Origin: Asterias rubens
Lineage: Eukaryota
Length of the DNA: 64,000 nt
Assembly: GCF_902459465.1 (NCBI RefSeq)
Contig: NW_022985697.1
Span: 434,001 to 498,000, forward strand
Direction of reading: 5' to 3'
In this document: positions 1 through 11,689 of the stretch, piece after piece
How the letters are laid out: every line of letters starts with the position of its first letter
Numbering within the stretch: position 1 is the first letter of the stretch
Made by a program: the position numbers and the translations under genes
The notes under the pieces: generated by a model
What the model was told of the DNA's origin: nothing
The model's input: the letters and a program-made list of their open reading frames with translations, nothing else
Databases searched by the model: none

Positions 1-551
1 TTGTTGAAAGAAAAGTCTACATCGAAAACTAGTATCTATTATGTTGTGATTAATTTAAAGAATTGTGTAAATCTACTATGTTGAAATGCAATAGCGCCCT
101 CTCCCATCAAAGACAATACAGCCAACTGTCCTTACAAGGGGCTCTTTGCTTGTTAGTGCCTGCTTGAGTTTGTGTTGTGGGTTTTACAATATTTACAACT
201 TTGATGTAGAATATCTTTTAAAAACAACACGATATTCAAATGTTGACTTTTGAGTATCTGTTTTTAGACGAATTAGATTAATCTTCTCTCAGTATTTGTT
301 CAAATAAAAACAGTGTATATGTGAAGGTAGTTTTTACTCAGAATCTGTTTATTATGTAACTGTTCATGTAATTCTGCTGGCAGTGAACTGAATAGATTTA
401 TTTAATAAACCATTGAATGAAATAAATGAAGGTAGTTTTTTTCTGGCTTTGATTCTGGTCCAGTAATATTTAGAGCTTCAAGCCCTCACACATAGTGGAT
501 CACTGATACTCATTACACTTTATAGAGCTCATCGAATTCAAGTTCTTGTAG

Positions 552-921
552 TTAAAGGAACGTTGCAGAATTGGTAAGAAACAAAAATCATGAAGATTAT
601 AGATTTACATGAAACTTATACGGTCTAATGATGATGATAGTAGAAAACATCCCTTGAAATGTTTCTGTCTGAAATCTCGTATTTGATGAGAAATAAATAA
701 TCTTATTTCGCATTTGGAGTTTATCGCTTTTTATTGAGCGTTTTATTCATTTTTGTTTTGGCATCGATGCAATGCAAAATTTGTAATCGGTTTTTCACTC
801 ATGACCGTGACCCAGATGGCCGATCGATCTCGAGCTTCTACAGGTTTGTCAGTTTATGTATATGGTGGATTACATAAAGTGCCAGCGACTTTTTTGAACC
901 AATTCTGTAATGTTCCTTTAA
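552..921. mobile_element. TTAA-flanked MITE (Kolobok-like non-autonomous DNA transposon)
   Basis: TTAA|AGGAACGTTGCAGAATTGGT at 552 and ACCAATTCTGTAATGTTCCT|TTAA ending at 921: imperfect ~20-bp TIRs and a TTAA duplication. TIRs starting with purines rather than CC favour Kolobok over piggyBac. Confidence 0.75.
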
Positions 922-1668
922 GTTCACCCAGGAGTATAAATGGTTACCTGCGAGGGTAGAGGTTGATATTGTGTGGATTCAAATCCCCCAGAGCGTGGGA
1001 GGATCCAGAAAAAAGCTCTTCAGGTTGAAATTCAGTTCTACATAAATCATTGATGCGAGTTTGCACCCAAATAATGCTAAAGGCCACTATTGGTAAGGCG
1101 CTGCTAGATGAAATACTACTAAAAGATAAAAATAAGTCAGGGGAGCTGAAGGCAGAAATACATGTTCCTCTTGAAAAAGTCTAGATTTTAGGATGGTGGG
1201 AAATATGCACCAGGGAGGTTCCAAAACAATAACTGGTAACAGAGACGCTAGATACGACTGTTGGAATAAATGAAGTCGTTCTTAACTTAATTCATAAATT
1301 AAATTCTTAATTTATTCATAAATGTAAAATGCAAAAGAAGGGAGATGGTACTAATAGAATGACTAAACGGAAAGACCATTAATGGGCTTTCATGTATGTA
1401 TATTGCAACACACAGATCAATTAATCACTCGTTTATTTCTGCATTGCTAATGAGGCCTCTTTTTGTTTGCCTCATTTGGGGACCGTGTTAGAATTCAACC
1501 ATTATGGGAGTTAATGTAATTACAGTTCTGAGGCGATTTCAATTTGCTTAAAATAGCTTTTAAAGACAACTCAAATGAAATTGGCAACTTGTGATTGTTT
1601 CTGGAGATCAGGTAACAAGTGCTCAATCAAAACAGAAATTGAGTTCATGTGAGGTTAAGATGTGAGCC

Positions 1669-1751
1669 CTATAGCCCATACAATACAGGGCTTTTCTATA
1701 GCCCATACAATACAGAGCTTTTCTATAGCCCATACAATACAGGGCTTTTCT
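1669..1751. repeat. Tandem repeat, 27-bp unit x3
   Basis: ctatagcccatacaatacag(g/a)gctttt occurs at 1669, 1696 and 1723. Confidence 0.95.
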
Positions 1752-2370
1752 GGCAAAACACTATAATGGTCATATTGGAAAGGTTTACATTTGTTGTCAT
1801 AATTTCCGCATAAATTAAAGAGTTGTAAAAGTATGCTTAAACAAGTTAAGAGATGTGCCCCTTTTGCGATGTGCTCCCTTTCGCTGGTTCAAATTATGCT
1901 TCAGTCATTTAGTTCTTTGTTCAACCAAAAATGCAATAAATTCATTGCTGTTTATAATTATGCACTTAATATTACTTTGGCTCTAAAGGGTTTTAAAAAT
2001 CTTCTTGTACCAAGGCACTTGAACAAAGAGAAATATTTAAAGACATGTTTTCTAAGACGGATGAAAACTAAGCAAAAGTTTTCTGACAGTGTCGGTTTGT
2101 TAGTCAGTGACAATAATGTTAGTCTTGACGACACAGGTGTGTAATGTATGGTTGGTTAGATGTAGCTGTGAAATCTATTAGCATATCCCCAGGTTTGGCA
2201 TCATTATGTTATACATTATAAATGACTATCAAGATCATTATGGTTGCCTTGGGGTGTATGTTTCAGTCGTTGTGCTAGTCACAATTTGTGACTTGATAAA
2301 TTGCTTAACGTTCTCACTACATCATCAGACCTGCCAACATTGGTATCCCAGAAATAGGGACAAATCTGAA

Positions 2371-2612
2371 CTTCTTTTTTCTTTTTCGCGGGAGGTGAAC
2401 ATCGAGGCGAACCCCTTCTCTTTTCAATAAGTGCACTGGGTTCTTTTACATGGGACCAAGGGCTTAACGTCCCATCCAAAGGACGAAGCAATGGTTAAGT
2501 GTCTTGCTTAAAGGACACAAGTGTCACGGCTGGGGATTTGAACCCACACTCTGCTGAAAAAAACACCAGAGTTTGAATTCGGTGCTCTTAGCCGCTCGGC
2601 CACGACACTTCC
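2371..2612 (-). mobile_element. tRNA-derived SINE
   Basis: Minus strand reads ggaagtgtcgtggccgagcggctaagagcaccgaattcaaactctgg...gtgggttcaaatcccc (A- and B-box-like), then gacacttgtgtcctttaagcaagacacttaacc and an A-rich tail (T-rich at 2371-2387 on +). Related copies occur at 8140, 14398 and 27555. Confidence 0.8.
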
Positions 2613-2883
2613 GATGCACTACCAATCCTAGTACATGGGACCTACAGCTTTATTGTACCATCCAAAGTGCCCTGAAACCCACTCTCTGTTGATCAGAAAC
2701 ACCAGAGTTTGAATTCGGTGCTCTTAACTGCTCGGCCACGACACTTCCGATGCACTACCAATCCTAGTACATGGGACCTACAGCTTTAATGTACCATCCA
2801 AAGTGCCCTGAAACCCACTCTCTGTTGATCAAAAACGCCAGAGCTCGAATCTGGTGCTCTTCACCACTCAAGCACGACACACT
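2613..2883 (-). repeat. Two 136-bp tandem units, each carrying a further SINE tRNA-like head
   Basis: gatgcactaccaatcctagtacatgggacctacagcttta...ccagag...ggtgctctt...cacgacac starts at 2613 and again at 2749. Confidence 0.85.
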
Positions 2884-3619
2884 GCTCTTTAAAAAACCAC
2901 TTGTACTACATGCCTTTAAAGTCAGTCTTGCAAATGATTTTGATTTGAAGCATTCACACTCTGTAAAAATTGATTTGTTGTTGACGTTTGCAACAACCAT
3001 ATGTCATGTACACTCCCATTGAAGTGTGGTTGAATATACATCGTACTTTACATAGAAATTAGTTGCTAGTCAGGGGTCACTTGAGATACAAACGGCAGCT
3101 CTAATTGATTCATTTACTCACCAATTGAATTGAAGAAACAAATCAATATATAATGAATTAGTTAACGTCACAGAATTGAGGATTCACACATGCACGCACA
3201 CCCCACCTTGCTTGTATATTGTCCCTCTTTTGTTTATACTCTTGTTATACTTTATACTTTTGTTCAACAGCTCCCATTGGTTTTGTATACGTTTTCTAAC
3301 TGTGGACCTTTCCTGAACCGTGGACTCTATTTACTCTTTTGTTATAGGTCCCCGGTTTGAATGTGTATACCTACTCACACACACACCCACACTTTATACT
3401 TGATAAATGACATTTGGTTATTTAATAGATGGACTGTTACTCACAGATGGAATTGGACAATAGCTGACAAAGTACAACGGTAGGAAAAAACAGTGTTGTG
3501 GAAAGCCAACATAAGTTGAGGGCAAAGCTGTATAAATTCTGCCCCATAGTAATTATCAAGTATTAAAGATTGTCAATGTGACCGAGTTTTAAAGATTGTA
3601 AAGTACATAGTGGCATATT

Positions 3620-3872
3620 GTGGCTGAGTTATCTATCAAATTGAGCTTGCTTTCAGTTCTGGTGGTTGAGTCACCAGAGTGTAGGTTTGAATCCATGGCC
3701 CAATTTCATGGCTCTGCTTACCGTAAGCAAAGAATTGGCGCTAACGAAAGCAGGAAATTCCCTGCTATGTCAAGCGCATTTAATGGGTTAGCACAGAATT
3801 TCTGCTTGTGCTCATGCAAACTCCATATTCTTCGCTTACAGAGCTAGCATAGAAATTTGGCACTTGCACAGT
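3620..3872 (+). mobile_element. Degenerate SINE head followed by the left part of a GGCCCAATTTC-type (Harbinger-like) MITE
   Basis: gtggctgag...caccagagtgtaggtttgaatcc (B-box-like) is followed directly by atGGCCCAATTTCATGGCTCTGCTTACCGTAAGC at 3697. No right TIR was seen. Confidence 0.6.
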
Positions 3873-4387
3873 CTTAACAACTATCAGCAAATGATGAGTC
3901 TACCTTTGGCCTTAGTAAAGGGGCTATTTGGGCTTGTGGTATTCTATACAGGGCTTGACTGCATTGCCTTTAAATATAAAGAACAAACATTTATTCACAG
4001 CAGATATGCAGATAATTAGCGAGCCAGTTATGTTTTAAGTGCGGCAGTCTCTGAATCTCATTGGTAACACTCTGCCTAATTAGATGGCTCCTGCATTCTC
4101 TAATGACTAGAGGGAGTTTGCCACACATTAAACAGTAAGATCGTTTGGTGGGGTTCCCCTTTCTTTCCACCATAGGTTTTCCAGTAATTAGTTACCGGTA
4201 CACATGAGCCAGTAGTGGCAGTATGGTACATAACTTGCTGCATAATTCAAAAGGAATATGGTTTACCCAGTGTTAATCTTGAATTCAGTGTACAGGTGGG
4301 TGCTGTCACAAGAATAACAATGCTGGTTTGGAAGTCTTAATATTATGCAGTTTAAAGGCTTTTGGATATATGCAGATATTAGACCTA

Positions 4388-5751
4388 TCTTCTATAATAT
4401 AAAAGCGCTTAAATCGCATGGGCGCCGCCATTGTTGTTTGGCAAGTGGTGCCCGCACCCTGCTAAAATGATGCGTCTGGGGTAAATTTTGGGGTACCCGT
4501 GTTGTGACGTCACAGTCAAAGCGCGAGCGTGTAGTAACTTTGTGATTGAGTGCAGGCGTCCTTTGTGATGTCACAGTCACGGCGCGAGCGTCCAGTAACT
4601 TCGCGCGTACATACAGTACAGAACAATGCATGGGGGGGGGGGGGGGGGGGGCACGACGACAGGACGAAGACTGGTGGGGGTTATTAGAGCACGTTGTGTG
4701 GACAGGGAGATGGAACGGGCATATGTAGTGGTACGTCTGTTGGAAGAGGGCGGGGGAACGGCAACAAATGTAGGGAACATTAGTAAAAGGGCTGGAAAAA
4801 TAATACGGAAAGGGGAAGAAAAAAAGGGACTAATGATGACATTGGACAGGGAAAAAATAAACTGGACAGAGAAAAATACACGAAACGGAGAACCACCTGA
4901 CTGGTGGGACCCGCAGGGAACATGTAAAGTTATGGGACGGCAAAAAGTGCAAAGAACAATTCACGGCGGGATGACGGGAAGGAGGCACGGGTTAGATTTT
5001 GGACGGGGATAGGAGGTAGGGGCACAAAGTGGTACGTCTGTGGAACGGGGGATGGGGGAACGGCAAAAATAGAAATGACGGGGAAAATGAACAGGGCTGG
5101 GGTAGGGATTGAAAAAAATTAAAAGGGACTATCGTGATATGGGACATGGGACAGGAAAATATTAAACTGAATTGGGGGATCAAGCCCATAAAACGGGAAA
5201 ACCCCACAAACGGGACCCGCGCGAAACTGGAAAATATGAGATATGGGCAAACATTGGCAAGCAAAGAACACTGCAATGCATGGGATTGTGGGGACGGGAG
5301 AGGCACGGAGGCGTGGGTTAGATATGGGACGGGATAGGGAAGGGGCACACGGTGGGACAGGGAGTTGGGGAAAAAAATGAACGAGGCTGGTGAGGGGGGA
5401 AAAAGCAAAGGGGTTTGATAACTATACAGGACAGAAAATAATCAACTGAACTGGAACAAAATAAACGAAACGGGATATAAACGCTGGGAAAGAACCACTA
5501 TCGAGATCTGCTGGAAACTGGAAAATATGGATGGGATCGACAATGCTGAAACAGAAAAAAGATGGACAAGTGTACGATTTCACAAAGCACTAAGATTCGA
5601 CTTAACTTAGGATGGGTTGTTTGCCACAGTGATTTGTATTGTGACCCTGCCCAGCCACTTTAGCCCTCCCCTGTACTCAACGCTACACTTGCAGCATTTT
5701 TACGTCAAGCTTTCTAGCCGGATTGCCGCGCGAAGCGCGGCATCGCGCTAG
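4388..5751 (+). mobile_element. Non-autonomous Helitron (~1.36 kb)
   Basis: 5' end A|TCTTCTATAATATAAAAG; 3' GC hairpin GCCGCGC-GAA-GCGCGGC (5725-5741) followed 6 nt later by CTAG|T; inserted between A and T with no TSD. These are canonical Helitron termini. No RepHel ORF is present. Confidence 0.85.
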
Positions 5752-6158
5752 TCTTGATTAAAGCGTGTACGAAACATTGGTAAGATTGAAAATAAGTTTA
5801 GAAGGTAGTGCATTCAGCTCTATCAGCCAGGCTCTTAGTGATTGATACCCACGTATACATCCTTACGGACCGTGAATAGAAGGGGGTTAACCTGTTTCAC
5901 TCAGCCCTAGAAGTAGGTGGTAACGGCCCCTGGTGGCAGTTGTTTGGGTGGACAGCCCAAATCAGACGAAATCTCATTAATCAAAAATGTTACTTTTACT
6001 CATCTTTTACGAGGTTGCTATCTCATGTAAATGTTTGGTTTTAATAAATAAAGTGCGGCTACTGGTCTTTAACAGTTACCATGTGACTTTGACATGTTGT
6101 CTGCATGTTTTTAAAGTGTGAAACTGTCAGTGCAATAAGGGTTTACAGAAGTAAACTA

Positions 6159-6296
6159 CAGGCCTGACACTTCACGGCGATTGCCTCCATGAAATGCTCT
6201 AACAGTAGAAATTTACAATTTCCTCATAGGGTGCCCTTTCCAAGGAGAAAATGCCTTGGTGCCCTTGCCCTTTCAAAAATGAAGCATACAGGCCTG
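6159..6296 (+). mobile_element. Small MITE bounded by CAGGCCTG (hAT-like termini)
   Basis: CAGGCCTG at both ends. The interior (gcccttgccctttcaaaaatgaagcata) recurs in reverse orientation at 16775-16958, and a related sequence lies near 53805. Confidence 0.55.
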
Positions 6297-7163
6297 AAAC
6301 TAAATGTATACATATCGTCATGTTTTTGTGGTTTTGTTGTTTGTTTGTAAATAAATCAAATCAAACCTTGAGGTACATGTATGTTTCTTAAATCTCTTTA
6401 CTTTGTGAAGACGACAGCTTTTAAAATGTATCTCAGATTAATTTATTAAGGAAGTGATTAGAACCACTCTCAGGTTTCCACTTCCAGATATTTAGTCATC
6501 TTAAGACCTTGCTTCGATGATTGAAGACGACTGCGTGCAATAATATTGTTAATTCGGTAGTGCAATTGAGTTATTCAGCCAATGCAATTAGACAGCATGC
6601 GGTGTGACATTAAGCAATCGTACTAATAAAACTGTTAGGTGTTCGGGTTGTTGTACTGTTGTTGTATTTTCTTGGTGATTCCTTTTCCTATTAGCCTCGA
6701 TAGTCCAGGAACAAAGACACCTTCGAAAAGATCTTTCAATCTTAAATCTTCACAAATATATGATGAATAAAACATTAAGAAACTAACTTGACTAGCAATG
6801 TAATACGTACCGGTTTACTACTTTGTGTTTTAATTAGAAAATGTTGCAATGTAATCCTTGCATACATGTACTTGTTTTTGTTTTTTTCTCGTTTGACCAA
6901 CAAGATGTTGTTGATGTGTGATGCAGTGGTTACATCTGTTAAATCTCTACTTTGTAAAGACATAGAAATTTATTTTAGCCCCAGTTATTAATATTATAAT
7001 GCACATAGCGTCATTGGAGAAGGGCTCCCTCTACTAGAGGTCAAAAGAAGGTTGCTCTTTAGCCCATCCTATTCGCCACACGTATACACACATGTGTGTT
7101 TCCGTAGTTTCAACATCAATTTCCTAAGATGGTGGCATGATGAAGACATAAGGTCCATTGAAG

Positions 7164-7390
7164 TTAAAGGCACTTGACACTGTTGGTAATTACTCAAAAT
7201 AGTTATTAGCATAAAACCTTACTTGGTAATGAGTAATGGGGAGAGGTTGATAGTATACAACATTGTGAGAAACAGCTCCCTCTGAAGTAACATAGTTTTT
7301 GAGAAAGACGTTGATTTCTCACTAAAATATTTGAATTTGGTTTAAAGACCTCAGAATTAGATTTTGAGGTCTCGGAAATCAAGCATCTGA
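7164..7390 (+). mobile_element. Left half of a TTAA-flanked MITE (same family as 11690-12404)
   Basis: TTAAAGGCACTTGACACTGTTGGTAATTACTCAAAA is the reverse complement of the right end at 12361-12404. Confidence 0.65.
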
Positions 7391-8139
7391 GTAAGGGGAA
7401 AATCCAAATGCAAAGCTTTCAAAACGGGGTCCTCTGAAGCAGGGAAGAAATCACTAACCACTAACCTGAATGCTGTTTTAATAAAGGAGTAATGAAGCAA
7501 GATTAATGGGTTCGTACCAGAGGTGGAATTTAATATACAATATCATAATCAATATACTGGTTTAATCAAGAATAGACCTATATTCCCATCACACCAAAGC
7601 GTATGTCAGGATTAACCCTGGATCATGACCAGCATTTCTCAAGTTGAATGCGTTATTTTAGCTCATGATATTGACCATTGTGCGTCTCTCAAGACACCGA
7701 CCTTTACACACAATTGATTTCTATCTTGGGATGATTTTTTAATTCATTTTTTTTCGGGAATACTGGGAAAACCATGGAGGATGTTAAAAGCGTCAATGCT
7801 AGAAAATGTTTTCTTTCTTTTCATGGCACAAAGGGTTACAGTTACTGAGCGCTGAATCAATACGTATGATCCAAGGCTTCAGTTAATAATAACGAAGGGC
7901 AAGGAGACTGTATTGAGATGCTGTAATTAAAAAACACGAGACAGTTTTTATAAAAAGGAGTTTGGAGGCCACTGTGTGGACACTGTAGGGAGGAAGGAGC
8001 AGAGAGAAAGTAAATGTTGATACCACATGGATCGAGGTTTGGGTATTGCAGCTTCCATGAGGTACTGAGATGTTGTATACAAAAATAAACATGTATAATA
8101 GTGTTGTGGATCTATGTTGACGGAGGAATAACTTGCTTA

Positions 8140-8300
8140 ATGAATCTGACGTACTGCTTAATGTCCCATCCAAAGGACAAAAGAATGATGGTCAAGTATC
8201 TTGCTCAAGGACACAAGTCCCAGGACCGAGACTCCAACACTGATCAGAAACACCAGATCTTGAGTCTGGTGCTCTTAACTGCTCGGCGACAACATGCCAC
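8140..8300 (-). mobile_element. Degenerate tRNA-derived SINE
   Basis: gtcccatccaaaggac...cttgctcaaggacacaag...cagaaacaccaga...ggtgctcttaactgctcggc matches the 2371-2612 copy. Confidence 0.75.
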
Positions 8301-8945
8301 AAATGTTTGACACTTATTGTTTCCCAAGATTCTAAACTATTTAAATTTGTTGGGGTACCCACTTATAGTGAATCTCAAGCTAGCCTTTCCTCACCAAGCA
8401 TGCTCTGTGGTCTGTTGTTTTGGAACACCTCTGCTCTGGGGTTAGGGGTCATGGGTTCGAGTCCCACCCAGGTGGCCTTTGAAAGCATTGAGTACACAGT
8501 GCCTGTCACACATCGGTATGGGTAAAACCCAATTAATATTCTTTATCCCTGTGCAATGATTTGGTAATGAAATATACGATTACTCTGTTGACATTATTGT
8601 TGCGGACCATTGAACAGAAACATCTAGGTGAGAGTAAGTGTCCCAGGCCCCGATACTTTGTTTTCATAAGGGAACAGTGAGGTTATTCCTTCCATATCAC
8701 CAGTCAAGTAATCATGCTTGGTATCCAAACACCTCGTGTACTTTGCCGTTCTGGCCATGACATGCACTAACCACAAATCAGCACCAAGAAAGCTTGTGGT
8801 TGACCCTGCAACAGTCTTAAAAGCCACCTCAGCAACTGACAGCAAACTCCAACTTCCAAAATCAATTAGAAACTTCTTAGTATGTTAAAAACTAGACCAA
8901 ATCATCAGCAATTTGACAGAACACTAAAGTACTTGAGACATAACA

Positions 8946-9093
8946 GATAAACAAAAGCTCAGATTTTATTTTAATTCGTCAGATTTTAAATCCATACGAG
9001 ACGAAAAAACATCAAGTTTGATAAACAAAAGCTCAGATTTTATTTTAATTCGTCAGATTTTAAATCCATATGAGACGAAAAAACATCAAGTTG
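8946..9093. repeat. Tandem duplication, 74-bp unit x2
   Basis: gataaacaaaagctcagattttattttaattcgtcagattttaaatccata(c/t)gagacgaaaaaacatcaagtt at 8946 and 9020. Confidence 0.95.
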
Positions 9094-11077
9094 ACACTTG
9101 GTACAGGAAGTCAAAGTGTAACATGGTCAGGTGCGTGGCAAAATGACAGTATATTAATGCAGCGAAATTACCCGCCAAAAGGAATCAAGCAGGAAGCAAT
9201 GCCAGCGATGCAGAAGAACAAAACCCAATGAGAGATGTTGTTATCTGGTTACATCCACTCCATTTATCACAACAGCCTCAGAAAACTTACATCTTACTCT
9301 CCTCCCTTCAACCCTCCCCCTCCCCCCTCCCCCTAAAGTGCTGATCAATATTCTATCTATAAGACTTTTACGCCCGGCATATCATTTTTGTGAGTTGACC
9401 GTAAACGGATGGCCAGTACCATCTCCAAATTGCATTAGGTACTCTTCATTTCACACTTATGAGATGAACAGGGCTATTGGGGGCTTGTGTATTATGGGTA
9501 TAGGAGTAATCTCATATAGCGCCTCCCAATTGAAAATGATGCTGTAATTGACTTGGAGGCGTATATCCACTGTACTGTGTTGGGTTTCTCCAATTAGGAA
9601 ACCTGATTTACTGTTTACGTGTACACAGGTTGCTGAATTGTAATTCTGTATTCGAATAAAAGGGAACACATCAAATACATTGCTACAAGATCAGCAAACA
9701 TTTTGATTATGCATCTCTTCTGTAGACAGTAGACCCATACAGTTTCCATTCTGAAAGAAATCAGACCACTAAAGACAACTGAATGTTATGCATTCCTTGA
9801 GAAACCAGTGTCATTACTGGGGCAAGGCATCGGGGCACAAGCGCCTTCCCCCAATTGATATCCTTGTCTCCCGGTCCCCCCTCTTGGTCCACCCCCACCC
9901 CACTCAAATTGAAATGTGGACCTTCAGAATCCAAAAGTACCATCTGAAGCAATATGTTACGGCTTTTGTGTTGTTATTGCATTGTTTACAAACATGTCTA
10001 TTAGCATGTAGACAATTTGTATTACCAGCTCCACCTCAGATTATCTTACCAAAATTGGTAAATTGCATACACAAGCACTAAAGAAAGGCTTATTCAAGAT
10101 AAATGCAAACCAAACTACGGATTTAATTGCCAGAAGTAGCCCAATAAAAGTTGGGGCACCTGTTCGTGTGTCACCATCCCCCCAATATTTACCCAAACAT
10201 GAGTGAGTCCTTATACATATTCCTCACTGAAGCTCACTGATCAGTTAAACACCCGTCCGATACTTAACACTTTGTCTTTTTGACCTTTGTCTGATATCAT
10301 TGACACCTACTTGCATATATCTTTACAATCCAAATCACCTACAAGACACTTCAAAACCAATTTTATTGTGCCTAGTTAGTTGCATAAGCACTTCTCAAGT
10401 CAAGTTAAGTTACATGTTTTGTCGGGTGACTAGTCTTTGACTGAAGGATGTCAGACTGTTCAGCTGAGCAGTTCAATGCTGCGTTCATTTCGGGGTTTCT
10501 CAGCTGTTTCATTAAACACTGACAACAAAGAAAGAAAAAATCATCTGGTTTGCAAAGCAGCATATTTGTCTTTATCTACCAATACATGCTAATCCACAAA
10601 TCAGATGCTTGAACTGGAGGGTGGTATAAAAACCTCTAACCTACTCCCAGCGTTCATGATGCACACTGCGTATTGTGAGTGTCAATGCGCCACGCTCCGC
10701 ATACGGTCAGTGCAAAAAATTACATTCTAAACTTTGCTCAAGTAAAAGCAAAAACACAACCTAACCTCATTGACTTAATGAGGCTGGAAGCTACATACGT
10801 TTTCGTCCTCGTTGGATATGGGACGCAGAAGTGCTATATTTTTCCGTATTCCACTCGCGCTTGTGTGATAACTTATAGTGTTTACAGCATCACATGTTTT
10901 TTTTTTTGGGGGGGGGGGGGGAGTCTGGTGAATGTTTCCGACATTCGTGTCAGTCATTTGAAGGTTCCTCTTTGGGGGAATTGGCCTCTTCAGGGTAAAC
11001 TGCATTGTATCTGTAAATCGCTCAAACCTGCACTTTGTCTGCAAACAGCTAAACTTTTCACAGCATTTCAGTGTAAT

Positions 11078-11269
11078 TCACGCATAAAATTCCCTGCTGC
11101 TGACGTATTCCTGTATTGCTGAAAATACATCCGTTCTTACACAAATTGGGCTCCAGTCAAGGGTTTCATATGGCAAGTCAGTGCTGCATGAATGCACGCA
11201 CTCCCCGTCAATCTTTATAAGGCATTTCCTACTGACTGGATCGAGTACACAGGGGGCTACATGCGTATT
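11078..11269 (-). CDS. Candidate terminal coding exon, unidentified product (NTHVAPCVLDPVSRKCLIKIDGECVHSCSTDLPYETLDWSPICVRTDVFSAIQEYVSSREFYA*)
   Basis: Acceptor ttttatttagcatttttgcAG followed by 63 open codons to TGA; the other two frames close early. No homology was recognised. Confidence 0.25.
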   Translation of the reverse strand, partial: NTHVAPCVLDPVSRKCLIKIDGECVHSCSTDLPYETLDWSPICVRTDVFSAIQEYVSSREFYA

Positions 11270-11689
11270 CTGCAAAAATGCTAAATAAAACTCAAGTACG
11301 AACAACAGTAGAACAAGACAAGTTCTCAATTGACCTGGTCTACAATCAAGTATAGCTGAGCATGCCTCTAGTTGACAGTCACCAGGGACAATTAAATCCA
11401 TTTGGGGCAAGAAAGGATGTGTAAAAATAAAAGATGCCATCGTTTTTCTTCAGTCATCAGCGTATCCATCTATAAGAGTAGATGAGCTGTACATAATCTT
11501 AATAGCTGTTCACTTCAAGGGTCTGACATGCTTAACTTCCCACATTTCCTCTCTGTGACTTGAAACAAGACTAAGTCGATTCCTTCTCCAAGGTTGATCA
11601 GACATGTCCATACGTTGCGTTTTCTAGGGGGGACAACTGTTTCTAGTAAGTTTGATTTGGAGTACAATATGTACACACTCACAGATCTC

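Noticed and set aside
4546-5408. Overlapping ORFs of 60-138 aa on both strands
   Set aside because: They arise from the purine/G skew and internal repeats of the Helitron, which depletes stop codons. There are no protein motifs and no RepHel similarity.
10651-10674. 24-nt plus-strand micro-exon (ctctaac...cccAG|...|GTGAGT)
   Set aside because: The putative branch A is only about 11 nt from the AG, and no frame links it to any identified gene.
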